Part shown: positions 1-12,679 of the stretch, piece after piece
How positions within the stretch are numbered: the stretch's first letter is position 1
Layout: each line of letters begins with the position of its first letter
Assembly: GCA_951406725.2 (NCBI GenBank)
Contig: OX597820.1
Coordinates: forward strand, 94,488,001-94,552,000
DNA length: 64,000 nt
Source: Octopus vulgaris
Taxonomy: Eukaryota
Reading direction: 5' to 3'
Position numbers and translations under genes: made by a program
The notes under the pieces: generated by a model
What the model saw: only the letters and a program-made list of their open reading frames with translations
Told to the model about the DNA's origin: nothing
Databases searched by the model: none

Positions 1-44
1 CTACTAACTCTATAGTAATGTTTCTGTTTTTCTGCTCTTCACAT

Positions 45-190
45 GCATGTGTATTTGCCAATCATCTGGTGGTGTTGTGTGTATCTGTATACATGCACAC
101 ATCCGTGCATACATGTACACATGCATACATGCATACACACATACAAACACACATTCATACATGCATACATAGGAGGTATGCGTGTACGTG
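45..190. repeat. Degenerate (TACA/CA)n microsatellite
   Basis: Imperfect catacat/acac runs. Confidence 0.8.
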
Positions 191-834
191 TTCAAACTTA
201 AGTTTAGTAATCTGTTTAAAGGACGAAAAAAATCACCAGGAAACCATCGAAAAATGTCAATCCACAGAGCTGTGTATAAAATAGAAATACAAATAATAAT
301 TAAGTTCTCTACTATTAATTCCGTTGTTACCGTATTGATAAATACGTTAGTTATTCACATAGATACAGAGCCACATGTGCAGTGGATTAATTTCAGCAGT
401 TCCCGTCTGGCATTTATTTTATTGACTCCAAAAAATGTAAGGCAAAATTAACATTGTTGGAATACAAAATCAGTACATTCAGAGGAATTTAACTAAATAC
501 TGTAAGGTACTTTGGCAAAACTTGTAACGATTGTGCTAAACCAAACGACTCTGCGTTAAGGATTATTATTAACTAAGGGTTTAACGATGAGTAAATAGAA
601 ATTATAGAGATCTTGGCTAAACATTGTATAGTGTTATACTACTTTTTCCTTTGTAGACATTGAACTCCATCCAAGATTTATTTCTGTGAAGTTCTCTAGC
701 AGAATGAAGCATATACCATTCAAGCAGATTAATTTTGGCTCACCATTGTATTAAGAAAACCAAATATAACACTAGTCACTCTTTCGAATCACAAAAATTA
801 CGTTCGGGAAAAATTACGTGCTGAAAAAGAGTTG

Positions 835-1445
835 GGATGAGGAAGAGGGGAAGGAGGAGGGGGAGGGGGAAAGTAGAAGGTGGAGTAGGGGAAGGAGGGG
901 GAGCTGTAGCAACAGCAGCAGGAGAAATAGGAGGATGAGAAGAAAGAAAATGAAGGGGAGGAGGAAGAGAAGAAAGATGAAGAGGAACAGAAGAAAGATG
1001 AAGAAGAAGGGGAGGAAGTGGAGGAAGAAAACGAAAAACAAGAATTGGTGGAGGAAGAGGAGAAAGAAGCTGAAGGGAAGGAGGAGGAGGAGAAAGAAGA
1101 AGAGGAGACGACGGAGAAGGAAGAAGAAGGGTTGGAGAGGAGTAGAAGGATGAAGAAGAACGAGAGGAAGAGGGGAAGAAGAGAGAGAAGAAGGAAGAAT
1201 TGAAGGAGGGGAAGAAGAAAATGGAAGGAGGAAGGGAGAAGATGAAGAAGGGGAAGAGGAGGAGGAGGAAGAAGAAGAAGGGATAGGAGGAAGAAGGGGA
1301 GTAGGTGGGGGAAGAAGCGAGGAGGAGGAAGTTGAGGAGGGAGGAGGAAAGGGATGGGAGGAGGTAGAGGAGGAGGAGGATGAAGAGGGAGTAGGGTGGA
1401 GGAGGAATGACGAGGAAGAGAAGATTTAATGAACGTGGAGGATGA
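835..1445. repeat. Purine-rich low-complexity (GAA/GAG/GGA)n tract
   Basis: About 600 bp almost only G and A; produces spurious poly-E/K/R and poly-S/P/L ORFs. Confidence 0.95.
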
Positions 1446-1792
1446 AGACCAATATTTAAAGGTTTATTGGCTAATGTTGAATGCACAAATTGGCCAGTAG
1501 TGAATCCCAAAATTTGGAATGCCTTCTTACGGTTGTTTTGAGGGGTCGAATCATTTGTAGTGATTAATAAAAGTTCTCGTAGATTCTGTCTCTTCCATAT
1601 ATATATAAATATATATATATATATATTACGGAGGACCTGAATGAAAACAATTGCAGCGCGGAAGGTGTTTCTAAGCCATTTAAAACACACAAAAACCCTT
1701 AGATTCATTTCAACATTTAAATTTAATTTGCCAAAATAGTTTCGTTGCTTTGAGATCGCGACCTGTTCACTGTCAAAATTCCGTGTTATATA

Positions 1793-2028
1793 TATATATA
1801 TTTCTTTACTACCCACAAGGGGCTAAACATAGAGGGGACAAACAAGGACAGACAAAGAGACTAAGTCGATCACATCGACACCAGTGCGTAATTGGTACTT
1901 AATTTATCGACCCCGAAAGGATGAAAGGCAAAGTCGACCTCGGCGGAATTTGAACCCAGAACATTTAACGGCAGACGAAATACGGCTACGCATTTCGGCC
2001 GACGTGCTAACGTTTCTGCCAACTCGCC
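1793..2028 (-). mobile_element. tRNA-derived SINE (family A, Deu/Nin-domain-like) with target-site duplication
   Basis: Minus strand has a tRNA-like head and the core gcctttcatcctttcggggtcgataaattaagtacca; flanked by ccgtgttatata at 1781-1792 and 2027-2038. Confidence 0.9.
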
Positions 2029-2196
2029 GTGTTATATAGATATATTCAAATGAATATGGTACTTAAGTTGAGACACCAGAATTTAGTACGGTATTATCCA
2101 TACAATTTCAAAGTAAGGTGATTTAAATCAAAATAAGCAACAAGGATATCAAAGATATCGTACTGCATTACCTCTCGATATACTTGTTGCTTATTT

Positions 2197-2234
<38 letters not shown>

Positions 2235-3319
2235 AAAAAATGAAGTTCGAAAATGCTGCTATATTATACAATTTTTAATTTTTATATATACATTATAACA
2301 TGTTTCAGTTCCTGAATTATATATATATATATATATAATTTTAACAAAGATAATTTCAGATTGAGCAGTGGACGACTTTTTCTTATTTTCCCGGTTCAAT
2401 AAAATAAGAACTCGACAAGAATTGGCGTCGTCAATTCAGTCGATGATCTTTCCCCTCGATCCAGTTTGTTACCTTCTGCCAATGTATGATATCACCATTA
2501 ACAGATGTTAATGCAATAATCGGCAGGAAATGGTATTGTATCGGACTAAATATTGCTTTGTTTCATTCCCCTACGCTTCCAGTCGAAATCCAGCCACCTT
2601 TCAGTTTGACAATCAATAACGGTAGCTATATACTCTTCGTGTTACAATAAGTCCCAGTAAAATACTGGTTTCACCTGAATATACATTTCTTCCTATCTTC
2701 CAATCTTCAAACATGTGGCGTTGTATTAAAATTAACCCAAACGTATAAACTATTTTTGCAACTTGTTTAGTTCTTTTTTAATATAAAAAAATATTGGGAG
2801 CTAGCGTGTTCTCATACTTTAATTTTGATCATTATTACAAGCAACAGAGATTCCTTAATTAAAGAGAAAACTGTAGCAAATTTTTCTGCAGAATTTTACA
2901 CGAACATTAAGAATGTTTAGCAGTTGTACAACGTTCACGATTCGTTTTATTTTTTTAAAGGTTCGTTTTGTAACACTGCATTTTATCTTAATAATACTCA
3001 AAATTAAATCACGATCTGGTGGTTTGCTTGAAGTATTGGATATATAAGCGAGTGAGAATGAAAGAATTATTTCTGGTTTTGATATGCCTAAATCATGAAA
3101 TGAAAGCGAGAAAATAAGTATCAAAATTGTTTTTTTATTTGTCACACTTCTTTACCTATATGAAGAAATTAAATCAAATTAATCACAAATTACTTTGAAC
3201 AAAAGTAAGGGACATCGTGTTCTATTTCATACATATATGGGTGCAGTCTCTACTTGTGGAGATTTTAATTGGCTCGTTTGAGAGTTAAGTATCTTGACCG
3301 AGGTTTTGTATTTATAATA

Positions 3320-3640
3320 GCACGATACAAAGAAAGGCAACTGTTGTGACATTTTTCAAGACTTCGGAGATGGGCGAGAGTAGGGTAGAAATCTATCCAT
3401 AAACTGGAGACTGCATGCGAATAATTGTGAAAGAGAACTTCTGATAAAAGTACCCAAATGGTAAAAGTGATGTTAAACCGAGTGGCAGATATGTAAATAC
3501 GGGAATTACTTCGCCAACACACTTCTACAGAGAATTTCAACACAGGCTTTGATTGCTCCGTTGGTAGAGTATACATATACAATGTAATATATAGGAAGAT
3601 CGGACAGTGTGAAGGAGATTTCCTAACCACAAGACCATTC
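3320..3640 (+). mobile_element. Possible highly decayed mariner transposase N-terminal fossil
   Basis: Broken frames give IQRKATVVTFF..EI, KW, TSTENF and SVGRVYIYNVIYRKIG, loosely matching the mariner HTH region. Confidence 0.3.
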
Positions 3641-3987
3641 CTGTACCTATTATGCTATTGAGAGAGCACTGGAAAAAGCTGACGTATCGATTATTTAAAT
3701 GATTTTCTATTAACGCGAAATTCTCAAGGTGATAGAAAACTATTTAACTGGGTTTAATGCGATCTTGTTCATTTCCACAGCTTTATCAATTACAGTCGCA
3801 TATCCCAATAGCCTGCTCAATTTCTACAGCCCCTTTAATGACTTCCACATCTCTACAGTCCTTTCTCTCAATACCATGCATCTCCACCGTCTTTAACAAC
3901 TATCACCACAACATCAAAATCCAATCAATAACTGCTACACATCTAGTCTTTTCACTCTTTGTCACCCATTTTCACAATTACTTCAAT

Positions 3988-4218
3988 CAGTCATCTATCT
4001 ATCTATCCGTTCAGTCGAAGTCGACTCTCGGTTACTCGATGGATCAGTGTCCTGCAGTCAGTTCTATCCTGGGCCGCTTCTTTCAGATTGGCTATGTCCA
4101 TTCCGATATCACTATTGATGATGTCAAGCCAGCGGGTTCTTGGTCGGCCTCTTCCTCTCTTGCCACTGACCATTCCGAGCATGATGTCCTTCTCCAGGGA
4201 TTTTCTCCGCATAATATG
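3988..4218 (-). mobile_element. 3' fragment of RTE-clade LINE
   Basis: ORF 4003-4212 (LEKDIMLGMVSGKRGRGRPRTRWLD...RLRLNG) is a typical RTE/BovB C-terminus, followed by a (GATA)n tail. Confidence 0.9.
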
Positions 4219-5104
4219 ACTGTGGCTTCTACCACAAAATAGAACTTAACTATTATGAAGTGTAAATCAGGACAAAGCAAAGTTTGAAGGGTAAAAATTA
4301 CAGCAACAAAAAAGAAAGAATACACTCGTGAAGTGAAATAAAATGTTTATTTTAATAATTATTACAACAATCATTAATTTTTAGTTCATTTAGAAATTTA
4401 GAATTATTTGACATTTTATAATTTAGTCAAATAAAATTTTCCGATCGTTGAAAAAAATATATCAAAATCAAAAGAATTGAATATACTTAATAATTTGTAG
4501 GTATTGCTTTTTTTATTAATAGCTTCATTTGAAGAAGTGTAGTGGGAAGCCGTGACATTCATTCAAAGGATAGTGACGCGAGGAAAATGAAATAACCACA
4601 GCAGATGATTCAAACTAAATCGCAGAAACGTATTTGGTTTTTACTGTGAAGAAATAAAATAAATGAGGGAAACTCTACGGGACTGCTAGAAATAGCAGAC
4701 CAAATCAAACTCAGACCACTTTGTAATGTCTTTAGAAAAAAGGAAGGCTACATTGAACAACATTCTTTACTTCCTTTGTTTGTTTTTGTCAGCATTACCA
4801 AGGAGATGCCAAAGAACCGCTATCATGATTCACCGGTATTCAAAAAGTTGAGTGGTAATCTTTGGAACACATTTGACCATATGTCTTTTCCCAGCTTATC
4901 CCAGAATAGTGTGAGGGAAGTAAAATAGATTCAACCGGTTCCGTTCAGTCAAAACCTATTTACAACTGATTTACTACAAGGTTACACATTGAGAGGGAAA
5001 GAGTAGAGTTCAAACTTTTAATATGTATTAAGTGTGGATGGATGATTGTTAAACTTGATGCGCGTGCGTGTGTGAGAACAATACTTATCCATTATTAGTA
5101 GAAA

Positions 5105-5310
5105 AAGAAGGGCAATGGATTGACAGAATCGTCAATGCGTCGAACAAATCCTTTGCAGGATTTGTTCCGATTTTTTATGTCTGTAACCAAGGCAAACTTG
5201 TCTTTTCATTCCTCTAAAGTAGATAAAATAAAGAATATGTCATGTACTGACGTAATCGACTAACCTCCTTCTCTCGAAATTGCTGGCCTTGTACCTAAAT
5301 TTGAAATTAA
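5105..5310 (+). mobile_element. Decayed SINE family A copy
   Basis: tttcattcctctaaagtagataaaata...taatcgac...aaattgctggccttgtacctaaatttga resembles the family A body and tail. Confidence 0.6.
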
Positions 5311-6404
5311 TTTAGTAGATAGGAAAAACGCACCCTTGTGTTTGTAAGTGTGTCTAGTGATCAATATTAAGTTGTTGTTTCACTCCAGTTTAGAAATGAC
5401 TGAGCAGACATATGATGAAAGACGTTCCAATCTTGACCACTTAGTATAGAACCTCATTATATAATGGGTTTTGTAAGACAGTGGAACATGAAAAAACTTG
5501 GTTGCTATTTCCAGCAAATCAAGTGACCACATAGAGTTCCCCTTTCGCCGCTGGCTCCAAAATTTGTAGTAAAAGGAACATGTTTGAGAGTAGGTCACAG
5601 TAAACACCGAACTGGATGTTTTATTCTATATAGTTCGGTATCTCATTTCTTTTAGTTCAAAACTCTGCTGCAATAAATTTCATTTATCCTTCAGTGAGTC
5701 TGTAAAAAAAACTATCAGTAATACACTGGAGTTACTTTTACTGACTCCCTCGTCACTTCAATTCATGTCTAGCCAAATAAAATCAATATTAGAAGTAGCA
5801 TATATTATTTTTTGAAAATCATAACTGATAGAAAATTAAGGATAAAATTTAAACAAAAGTTTTCTTAATGTTCTTGGTATTCTGTAAGTGTTCTTCAATT
5901 AAAAACCAAAATCGCCGAGGTCAACAAAGCCAGAAGACTTGTCAAAGGAATTTGCACATCTAAAATGAAATAAAATAAAATTTGATACAATAATTAAATA
6001 AAATAGAAGATATATTCATTCGCTTTACATGTAATTCAGTCAAAGCATAAAAAGGATCCGACGATAATTTATAAGATAGAGTGAGGTTTAATGAGTAAGC
6101 ATTGTATTATTCAGAAACAGTGCTTCATTTATTCATTTCAAACAACTCAGAGCAAGAAATGAGGAATATCTGGGATGTTGACTGGACAAAAGACTACTCC
6201 CAAATTACACTTTCCTTATTACAAAGCCAGAGACCTTGCTCTTGCCTGTTTCTAGAGTACTTGGCTTTGTAGGTGAGTCTTTGCGGTGTTGTGCAAGTTG
6301 TTATTGAATTTAATTTCAACACAGAAATTGCTGACATCCATTGTGCTTAAAGTCTAGGAACAAGATTAATTGTCGATGATGATCATACGACTTTACATCC
6401 ACCC

Positions 6405-6900
6405 TGTATGTATGTATGCATGTATGTATGTATGTATGTATGTATGTATGTATGTATGTATGTATGTATGTATGTATGGCTGGCTTGCTGGCTGACTGGA
6501 TGGATGGATGGATGAATGGATGGTTTGCATACATTCAATCGAAACGGGCTGGTAAATATATGAAGCATGTGAACTCTCTTTCTGAGAAGGGTACGAAACA
6601 AATATTTTTGCGTGACCAGCGCGGTCGTGTCAGCTTCTCAAAGGCAGGCCTACTCAATAACAAGTGGGATTATGAAGTTGGCCCGTCTACAAATCCATTA
6701 TGTTCTCTTGTGAACCGTCTTTAGTAGAATAAGTGGGTCAGCCAATGGAGGTAGGTAGGTAGGTAGGTAGGTAGGTCGGTCGGTAGGTAGGTAGGTAGGT
6801 AGGTAGGTAGGTAGGTAGGTAGGTAGGTAGGTAGGTAGGTAGGTAGGTAGGTAGGTAGGTAGGTAGGTAGGTAGGTAGGTAGGTAGAATGAATGAATGAA
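6405..6900. repeat. (TATG)n, (GGAT)n and (AGGT)n microsatellite cluster
   Basis: Tracts at about 6405-6477, 6497-6522 and 6749-6886. Confidence 0.95.
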
Positions 6901-7185
6901 TGATATATAGGTATGCATTATGTGTATAAATAAGCAAAAGAGTTTACTCTACGTAGTTCCTAATCATAATTTTCTCGACTCTCTGTTACCTGGTTTAGGA
7001 TAAACAGCATCAATCAACATGTTGAAAAATCCTTATAATTTCAACTGCGGGATATTATAGACTGTTTCAGTATCTAGAACTTTCAAGATAGACAAATCTT
7101 TGTTGAAATAAGTTGCAGTTGTATCAACAATATTCCAAGCTATGGTATAAATTGGTACCTGAGCCATCAGATGAACCATAATAAG

Positions 7186-7442
7186 TATTGGGTTGGTGCG
7201 TAATTATTGCGGGGTTTTTTTCAACAAATTTTATTCAACAAAAACAATAACAACATTTAACAAAAACATCTTTAAATGATTATTCCGGAGCATATTCACC
7301 ATCTACTTCAATTACTGCTTCCCGTTTGCTTGGCAGACGATCAGACCGTCATTTAAAGATGTTTTTGTTAAATATTGTTATTGTTTATGTTGAATAAAGT
7401 TTGTTGAAAAAAAAACCGCAATAATTATGCACCAACCCAATA
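7186..7442. mobile_element. Non-autonomous mariner element (MITE) with ~90-bp inverted ends
   Basis: TA-ttgggttggtgcgtaattattgcgg ... ccgcaataattatgcaccaacccaa-TA (Hsmar1/MADE1-like TIR); interior minus strand encodes RLPSKREAVIEVDGEY, a mariner transposase C-terminus. Confidence 0.9.
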
Positions 7443-7857
7443 GAATGTTTTTCTGTTTCTACACATAAAAGAGTAGAGGCTTGATTGTAATGCCTCTTGA
7501 AGCTGATAACGTTGAGCTAATTATATTTTCCTTAGATAAGTGCTTGTTAGATGGTATACCTGATGTTTAGAGTATTCACTCTGAAGAGTGAATTCACTTT
7601 GATTATTAATAAACAGATGCTGGGGATGTGTATATGTGCGTTTACGACTGTTTCCTGATGGAAATTATGCTGGTTAGGCAAGATTAGATCGCTTTAATAT
7701 CGTATGTATTGATGAGCTTTTTACGTTTCTACGGCGATATAAATATGGCATGTCCTTAAACAATGCAAATTCATATCTTCTATGAATGATGTTAATTTGT
7801 CTATCTATTCAATTTTGCATATTATGACTGCAATTTGCACTGATTAATAATATTATT

Positions 7858-8268
7858 ATTACTCTTTTACTCTTTTACTTGTTTCAGTCATTTGACTGCG
7901 GCCATGCTGGAGCACCGCCTTTAATCGAGCAACTCGACCCCGGGACTTATTCTTTGTAAGCCCAGTACTTATTCTATCGGTCTCTTTTGCCGAACCGCTA
8001 AGTAACGGGGACGTAAACACACCAGCATCGGTTGTCAAGCGATGGTGGGGGGGCAAACACAGACACACAAACATATACACACACATACATATATATATAC
8101 ACATATATACGACAGGCTTCTTTCAGTTTCCGTCTACCAAATCCACTCACAAGGCTTTGGTCGACCCGAGGCTATAGCAGAAGGTACTTGCCCAAGATGC
8201 CACGCAGTGGGACTGAACCCGGAACCATGTTGTTGGTAAACAAGCTACTTACCACACAGCCATCCTGC
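7858..8268 (-). mobile_element. Composite tRNA/CORE-like SINE (family B) with internal (TA)/(TG) microsatellite
   Basis: Minus strand: ggctgtgtggtaagtagcttg...gggttcagtccc...cttgggcaagt...ccagcatggccgcagtcaaatgactgaaacaagtaaaagag tail; several copies in the window. Confidence 0.9.
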
Positions 8269-9010
8269 GTAATTTTATTTTTATTTTCAAGAAATTACTA
8301 TACGAATGAAAGGAGTCGATCTAAATATACACACATACAAATTATTATATCAATTAAATAGTAATAAACAATTCATAATTTTAGTAAACTGATAATACAC
8401 TTATATTTCATAAGCCAGGATCTGCACTTCTTGTTATTTCTGGATGTGATATTTCCTTTGGCCTCTTAGTACTGACATATTAATATCCTAGTCCATTTTC
8501 ATTCACTTTAACATATCCTCAATGAAGGAGACTGATTTAAATGTTAAATTCAAGCTTATCGTCGACTGCTGACCAATTCATTCACCTTACTGCAAATTCC
8601 TTACTGTGTAAAATTTTTACAATGTCAGAAATAAGTGTCCTAGGTGTTGCGATAGTAGGTCCAATGACACTCCCCTGCATATTGTAATTGAATTTACTCT
8701 ATATCCTTGTTTACAATACATACTTTTTTTCACTAAATCAGTATTAGAATTAGGGGTATTAGATTGCATAGATTTTCCTAAAGCAATTTCATTAAAGAAA
8801 TAATAAAGCGTAATAATTTTTTGGACTATTTATTGATACTTACTAATACACACACACACACACATTTGTATTATATAAACTGAACTATTAAACATTAATA
8901 TATTGGAATATAGTGTGTTATCTACCCCTATAAAATTTATGCGACACTGTGAGTAATATATGGTAACATATCAAGATACATTTCCTGATATTTTTCTCTA
9001 AGACTATGTC

Positions 9011-9114
<104 letters not shown>

Positions 9115-9140
9115 AAGAAGAAGAAGAAGAAGAAGAAGAA

Positions 9141-9293
9141 GGGGGATATTCGACTACATCGACCTCTGTATTCAACTGGTACTTAATTTATCGACCCCGA
9201 AAGGATGAAAGTCAACCTCAACGGAATTTTGAGCTCAGAACGTGAGGACGGACGAAATACTGTGAAGTATTTCGCCCGGCATGTTAAGGATTG
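9141..9293 (-). mobile_element. SINE family A copy next to (AAT)n(AAG)n
   Basis: Contains ggtacttaatttatcgaccccgaaaggatgaaag. Confidence 0.85.
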
Positions 9294-9395
9294 TGTTTCA
9301 ATTAGTTAATTTTTATCTGGTGGGCCTTGTAACTGACACAACAAGCTGTTGTATCGTAAAACTAACCAAAACTATATGTGCAACAAAATACACAC

Positions 9396-9458
<63 letters not shown>

Positions 9459-9494
9459 CATTATTATTATTATTATTAATATTATTATTCAGAA

Positions 9495-9678
9495 GGTGAG
9501 CTAGCAAAATCCTTAGCATGCCGGGCGAAATACTTCACAGTATTTCGTCCGTCCTCATGTTCTGAGCTCAAATTCCACCGATGTTGACTTTCATCCTTTC
9601 GGGGTCGATAAATTAAGTACCAGTTGAATACAGAGGTCGATGCAGTCGACTATCACCCTTCCCCCAATTTCAGGCCTT
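9495..9678 (+). mobile_element. SINE family A copy, inverted twin of 9141-9293
   Basis: Contains ctttcatcctttcggggtcgataaattaagtaccag; flanked by (ATT)n. Confidence 0.85.
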
Positions 9679-9686
9679 TATTGTTG

Positions 9687-9747
<61 letters not shown>

Positions 9748-10408
9748 CATTATTATTATTATTATTGAATTAGAGAGCAGTGCATGCCAACAAAGTAACA
9801 ATGTGGTAGAATATACGAAGTCCAATATACCCATCATAAATCCCCGTCTGATAAGGGTACATGAGGCGCATGCATTACAACCATATGTCGTGCAGGTGGG
9901 GCCCAGTTAGAATGTTTATAATTCTTAAAATTTCCTTTTTATCTATTATGGAGTAAATGATTTCATTGGCATTTATAGTAAACGTAAATCAAATATATTA
10001 AATGTTTCATAGTTTGAAAGGTATTTTGAGAACAAAAATCATAGAATAAGATAGTACATTTGCTGAAATCCACATTACGACTATATGCTTATTGTTCTGA
10101 AGTTAAAACATTCATTTGACCTACTCACTCATAGACCACACTTTAAATTTTAGTGCATATGAATTATTTAAAAGCTATAGATTTCTATCTATTCTGTAGA
10201 CTATACTATAGGTTTACTGAATTTTAACACGATGTAGATGTCCGAAGTTAATATCTATTAGATTCAATGAGAGTAATGTGCAACTTCCACTATTTCATAT
10301 TGATATATTGCTTCAATCAATAATTCACTATCATGTCAAGAAATTATTCTCAAAATTCTACATAATATTTTCATCAAAGCAAGTTTCAACCACATGTATA
10401 TATAAATA

Positions 10409-10794
10409 GTGGAGGCGCAATGGCCCAGTGGTTAGGGCAGCGGACTCGCGGTCGTATGATCGCGGTTTCGATTCCCAGACCGGGCGTTGTGAGTGTTTAT
10501 TGAGCGAAAACACCTAAAGCTCCACGAGGCTCCGGCAGGGGATGGTGGTGATCTCTGCTGTACTCTTTCACCACAACTTTCTCTCACTCGTTCTTCTTGT
10601 TTCTGTTGTACCTGTAATTTCAAAGGGCCGGCCTTGTCACTCTCTGTGTCACGCTGAATATCCCCGAGAACTACGTTAAGGGTACACGTATCTGTGGAGT
10701 GCTCAGCCACTTACACGTTAATTTCACGAGCAGGCTGTTCCGTTGGTCGGATCAACCGGAACCCTCATCGTCGTAACCGACGGAGTGCTTCCAC
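10409..10794 (+). mobile_element. tRNA-derived SINE (family C), apparently full length, with TSD
   Basis: A box tggcccagtggttag, B box ggtttcgattccc; 10-bp direct repeat tatataaata at 10399-10408 and 10795-10804. Confidence 0.85.
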
Positions 10795-11882
10795 TATATA
10801 AATAAATAGCAATAGAAGTTTTTTGTAGCAGTTATATCTAATAACATCTGATATATTTTAGTATTATTATTCAAGATATTAATGAATCCATTAACGAAAT
10901 TATGAACAACACGACTGTAAGATATAAAGGATAATAGTACATGCATTTATAAGCATTACTTACATTTTGGGTTTTCAAAGCTTGCAGCAGCACTAGACCC
11001 TGGAAAATGCAGATACATGTTATGTTCAAACTATGAAACGCTATTTAATAAGACATATTACAAATATATATTTCTGTTTTGTCTCATAATGTTTCAGATT
11101 ATATATCATACGGTAAAATAATTAATTATAATATGTGGCAAATATACTCAAATAAGAACCATGAACAAAAACCCCGTAAATGTCCAGTCAATATTTCTAA
11201 AATGCAATATGTTACCATGAGGCCATGTACAATACGGATGATATTTAGTTTATCATATATCTAGGCGAAACACATAGAGTTAAAACAGACATGAAAATTG
11301 AGAAAGTATTGCTCGTTTCATAATTTTTCGACCTTAAACTATACGAAAGAAATGACACACTGGTTCACCGTAAACGTAACTACCGTGTCAACTCATGCCA
11401 TTATCATATGATGAATAATTCCTCAAAATATATGACAATCCTATTCAAGGAGGAGACAGCATGAGAACGATAGAAATTTCTGATATCTCGCAATCGATCT
11501 GCATAACATATGATGAATATTAAGACGTCCATTCGATACACAAAATATATTTAACTTGTAGTATAAATTCAATTCATCGATAGAAAGCATGTAACTTAAC
11601 ACATCTGAAGACTGTGCGTATAATGTTCCTATCATAATGTTTTGTATGACTGGATTGTAAGAATGACACTTCACACTGTTCATTCATAAACACATTTCAC
11701 CAAGTCCAGACATCAGCAAAAACTGTCACTAACGGCTGATGCATCCATCTTCATAAGTGATTTTGGAGGTATACCTAACTAATTCTCTTAAATTGTATTT
11801 TTGTAGTTTCAACGGAAACGTTTCGAGAAAAGCAACCAAAACTATTCTTCTAAATATGATTGTAAAATCCGTTTGATAATTC

Positions 11883-12085
11883 TTCCTACTATATACACAA
11901 GGTCTGAATTTTCGGGGTTAGGGGCTAATCGATTACATCGGCCCCAGTGCGTAACTGGTACTTATTTCATCGATCCCGAAATGGATGAAATGTAATGTCG
12001 ACCTTGGCGGTATTAGAGCTCAGGACGTAAGAAACACCGCTAAATATTTTCCCTGGCGTTCTAACGATTCTGCCAGCCGCCGCTT
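11883..12085 (-). mobile_element. SINE family A copy
   Basis: Contains cgattacatcggccccagtgcgtaactggtacttatttcatcgatcccg. Confidence 0.85.
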
Positions 12086-12369
12086 AAAATTCGCTTAATA
12101 ATAATATTTATGTCTATATAAAAACATCATTACCATAATCTGCTTTATAATAAATAGTATAATTGATATTAGATGTTTTATAGTTTGAAATAGATTTTTT
12201 CACAATCAAGTAAATATATACTACATTTTTAGACATCTATATTAATATTAAAGACCTTATGTTCAGCTGTTAAAAAATTCATTCCACCAACTAAATCCTT
12301 TCTAATATAGTTACAAGGCCTGAAATCACTTACTTTATAGAGTTCAAATGATAAGATATATAGATCAGA

Positions 12370-12672
12370 GATTTTGTGGTTTAAAGTAGTAGAAAGGTCT
12401 GGAGCCCCACAAAATCCCTGATCTGTAGAACTTATCCATTCAATAGGTCCCCATGTACGGAAAATAGTTGTATAGAATATTGGATGAGACCACAGGTTAA
12501 CTGCAAGTTTAGGAATATAGTATATGGCTTACGATATACTGAAGGACGGTGCAGAAACAAGACAACTACTTACATTGAAGAGACAGCATGTAGTATAGAT
12601 GAGCGGGAGCTCAAAGAAGAGAAAAGCTCATCAGTGCTCTATCAAAATGCTCAAGCAGACCATAGAGGTTCG
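12370..12672 (+). mobile_element. Penelope-like element GIY-YIG endonuclease fragment
   Basis: NIVYGLR...C....YIEETACSIDER...VLYQ aligns by eye with 55086-55286 (VVYNIGC...YIAETSRSIAER...ILYQH). Confidence 0.7.
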
Positions 12673-12679
12673 GTTAATA

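Noticed and set aside
776-1816. 346-aa minus-strand ORF and overlapping K/R/E-rich ORFs
   Set aside because: Translation of a purine-rich low-complexity tract; no domain-like content.
6330-6408. Possible solo Tc1 TIR (minus strand tacagggtggatgtaaagtc)
   Set aside because: No partner TIR or transposase found nearby; too short to call.
10411-10485. tRNA gene-like sequence (also 42143-42205)
   Set aside because: SINE heads with A/B boxes that run into repeat bodies; no complete cloverleaf.
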